Shown here in pieces: positions 24,565 to 25,401 of a stretch of DNA of 25,401 bases. Under the pieces are notes generated by a model. It searched no databases and was not told where the DNA came from. It saw only the letters and a program-made list of their open reading frames with translations. This stretch comes from a virus (Duplodnaviria; Heunggongvirae; Uroviricota; Caudoviricetes): IMG/VR virus record IMGVR_UViG_2802429217_000002, positions 1-25,401 of that record; one strand, 5' to 3'. Every line of letters begins with the position of its first letter. The stretch's first letter is position 1. The translations under genes were made by a program, and so were the position numbers.

Positions 24565-25065
24565 ATGGGGACTACTTTGCTTCAAGAAAACCATGAAAAA
24601 ATTTTAAACATACTAAATGAAGCTAAAGATGTGGCGCTAAGGTATTACAAACTAACCAATAAGCCTCTCGGAATCACTGGAGAAATAGCTGAACATGAAG
24701 CTGCAACTCTTCTCGGGTTGTCACTATGTTCAGCACGTCAGTCCGGATACGATGCGACTGAGATTTTGGACGGGAAAGAATATAGAGTTCAAATCAAAGG
24801 TCGATATATGCCTGATCCTAAAAAAGTCTCTGCGAGAATTGGTGCTATTGATATAGCTAAGCCATTTGATTCTGTTCTTTTAGTTTTGCTTGATGAAAAT
24901 TATGATGCTTTTGCCATGTATGAAGCATCACGAGATGTAGTAGTCGCAGCTCTTCAAGCTCCGGGGTCAAAGTCTAGAAATGAGCGAAATCAGCTAGGCA
25001 TAGCAAAATTCAAGTCCATTAGCCGTCTCCGCTGGAGCAAGGATGTTGAACCTGAGATCCTTTAA
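24565..25065 (+). CDS. Hypothetical 166-aa protein, AT-rich cargo at right end of the satellite
   Basis: ORF with GGGAA SD-like sequence; no confident motif (possible D...QIK nuclease-like signature); ends 1 nt before the right 23-bp repeat. Confidence 0.5.
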   Translation: MGTTLLQENHEKILNILNEAKDVALRYYKLTNKPLGITGEIAEHEAATLLGLSLCSARQSGYDATEILDGKEYRVQIKGRYMPDPKKVSARIGAIDIAKPFDSVLLVLLDENYDAFAMYEASRDVVVAALQAPGSKSRNERNQLGIAKFKSISRLRWSKDVEPEIL

Positions 25066-25086
25066 TTGGTACACGTTTAGGTACAC
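25064..25086. repeat. 23-bp direct repeat AATTGGTACACGTTTAGGTACAC, right copy
   Basis: Identical to 14079-14101. Confidence 0.7.
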
Positions 25087-25145
25087 AACTGAAAGTTGAA
25101 TACGAAAAAATCCTTTATATTTAAAGCATTGAGTAATTTATTCAG

Positions 25146-25174
25146 ACTCCGCCAGCAATCATGATTGGACGGTG
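25146..25174 (+). other. Degenerate copy of the ssrA 3' end plus trailer (ACTCCGCCAGC-AATCATGATTGGACGGTG), candidate right att of the satellite
   Basis: Aligns to 13950-13993 with a 1-nt and a 7-nt deletion and a few mismatches. Confidence 0.4.
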
Positions 25175-25286
25175 CAAGGACAACACCAACAAAAACAGGA
25201 AGTTAGAAGTCTCAGCAAGACACCGACCAGACGGTGAGGAGACATAAAAGGATACGCAAAGGAGCCGCGGCTCCTGGTGATATGAA

Positions 25287-25308
25287 AGCCCACAGATGTG
25301 GGCTTTTT
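25287..25308. terminator. Hairpin terminator (agcccaca/tgtgggct followed by TTTTT)
   Basis: Located between the satellite right end and the convergent downstream gene. Confidence 0.5.
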
Positions 25309-25316
25309 CGTTGATG

Positions 25317-25401
25317 GTCAGAACGACCAGTTCACACCAGCCACCGCGTTCCACGGGGATTCCACACCGGCACCATGGCTATACCCCACCCCGAGATGCC
25401 C
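25317..25401 (-). CDS. 3' end of a gene truncated by the window edge; encoded C-terminus ...GVNWSF resembles an outer-membrane beta-barrel / autotransporter terminus
   Basis: Minus-strand translation of the last 84 nt ends ...SPWNAVAGVNWSF-stop, with aromatic-x-aromatic C-terminal Phe. Confidence 0.35.

Larger units (their letters stand above)
13936..25174. mobile_element. P4-like satellite prophage (about 11 kb): int, variable hotspot, cos, psu-delta-sid, alpA, alpha primase, crr-like iterons
   Basis: Gene content and order match phage P4; bounded by ssrA-derived core on the left, a perfect 23-bp direct repeat (14079-14101 / 25064-25086) and a degenerate ssrA-like copy on the right (25146-25174). 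Confidence 0.8.

Noticed and set aside
25142-25354. 70-aa minus-strand ORF
   Set aside because: Spans the degenerate att copy and terminator hairpins; no RBS. The credible coding sequence begins only after 25317.
1-25401. CRISPR arrays, IS elements or transposases
   Set aside because: No regularly spaced repeat-spacer array and no transposase-like ORF seen; repeats present are iterons, operators and att sites.

Overview
The window is a composite mobile-element landscape typical of an enterobacterial chromosome at the tmRNA (ssrA) integration locus. (1) Positions 1 to about 13968 hold the early and integration end of a lambdoid prophage, mostly on the minus strand: Q antiterminator, DUF968/HNH-motif protein, KilA-N, RusA, LexA-like DNA-binding protein, phage Dam-type MTase, PerC/ANR-like regulator, an iteron-containing replication initiator, CII-like and Cro-like regulators, then on the plus strand a cI-like S24 repressor, a PL-like promoter, YfdR/YfdS/YfdT-like genes, xis and int. 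Between the int terminator and a 33-nt copy of the ssrA 3' end sits an AT-rich two-gene cargo: an OLD-family ATPase/Toprim nuclease plus a D12-class adenine methyltransferase. (2) Positions about 13936 to 25174 hold an ~11 kb P4-like satellite: P4-type integrase, an AT-rich 878-aa membrane-anchored protein in the int-to-cos variable hotspot, a cos-like site, psu/delta/sid late operon with an Ogr/Delta-type promoter, TGTTCACC iteron clusters, alpA-like gene, a 777-aa alpha primase and a small AT-rich gene at the right end. The two strongest candidates for an undescribed system are the OLD-nuclease/MTase pair (11151-13863) and the 878-aa hotspot protein (15375-18011). All calls rest on reading the ORF translations and DNA by eye; no searches or computations were run. 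No rRNA, complete tRNA/tmRNA, CRISPR array or transposase was seen.
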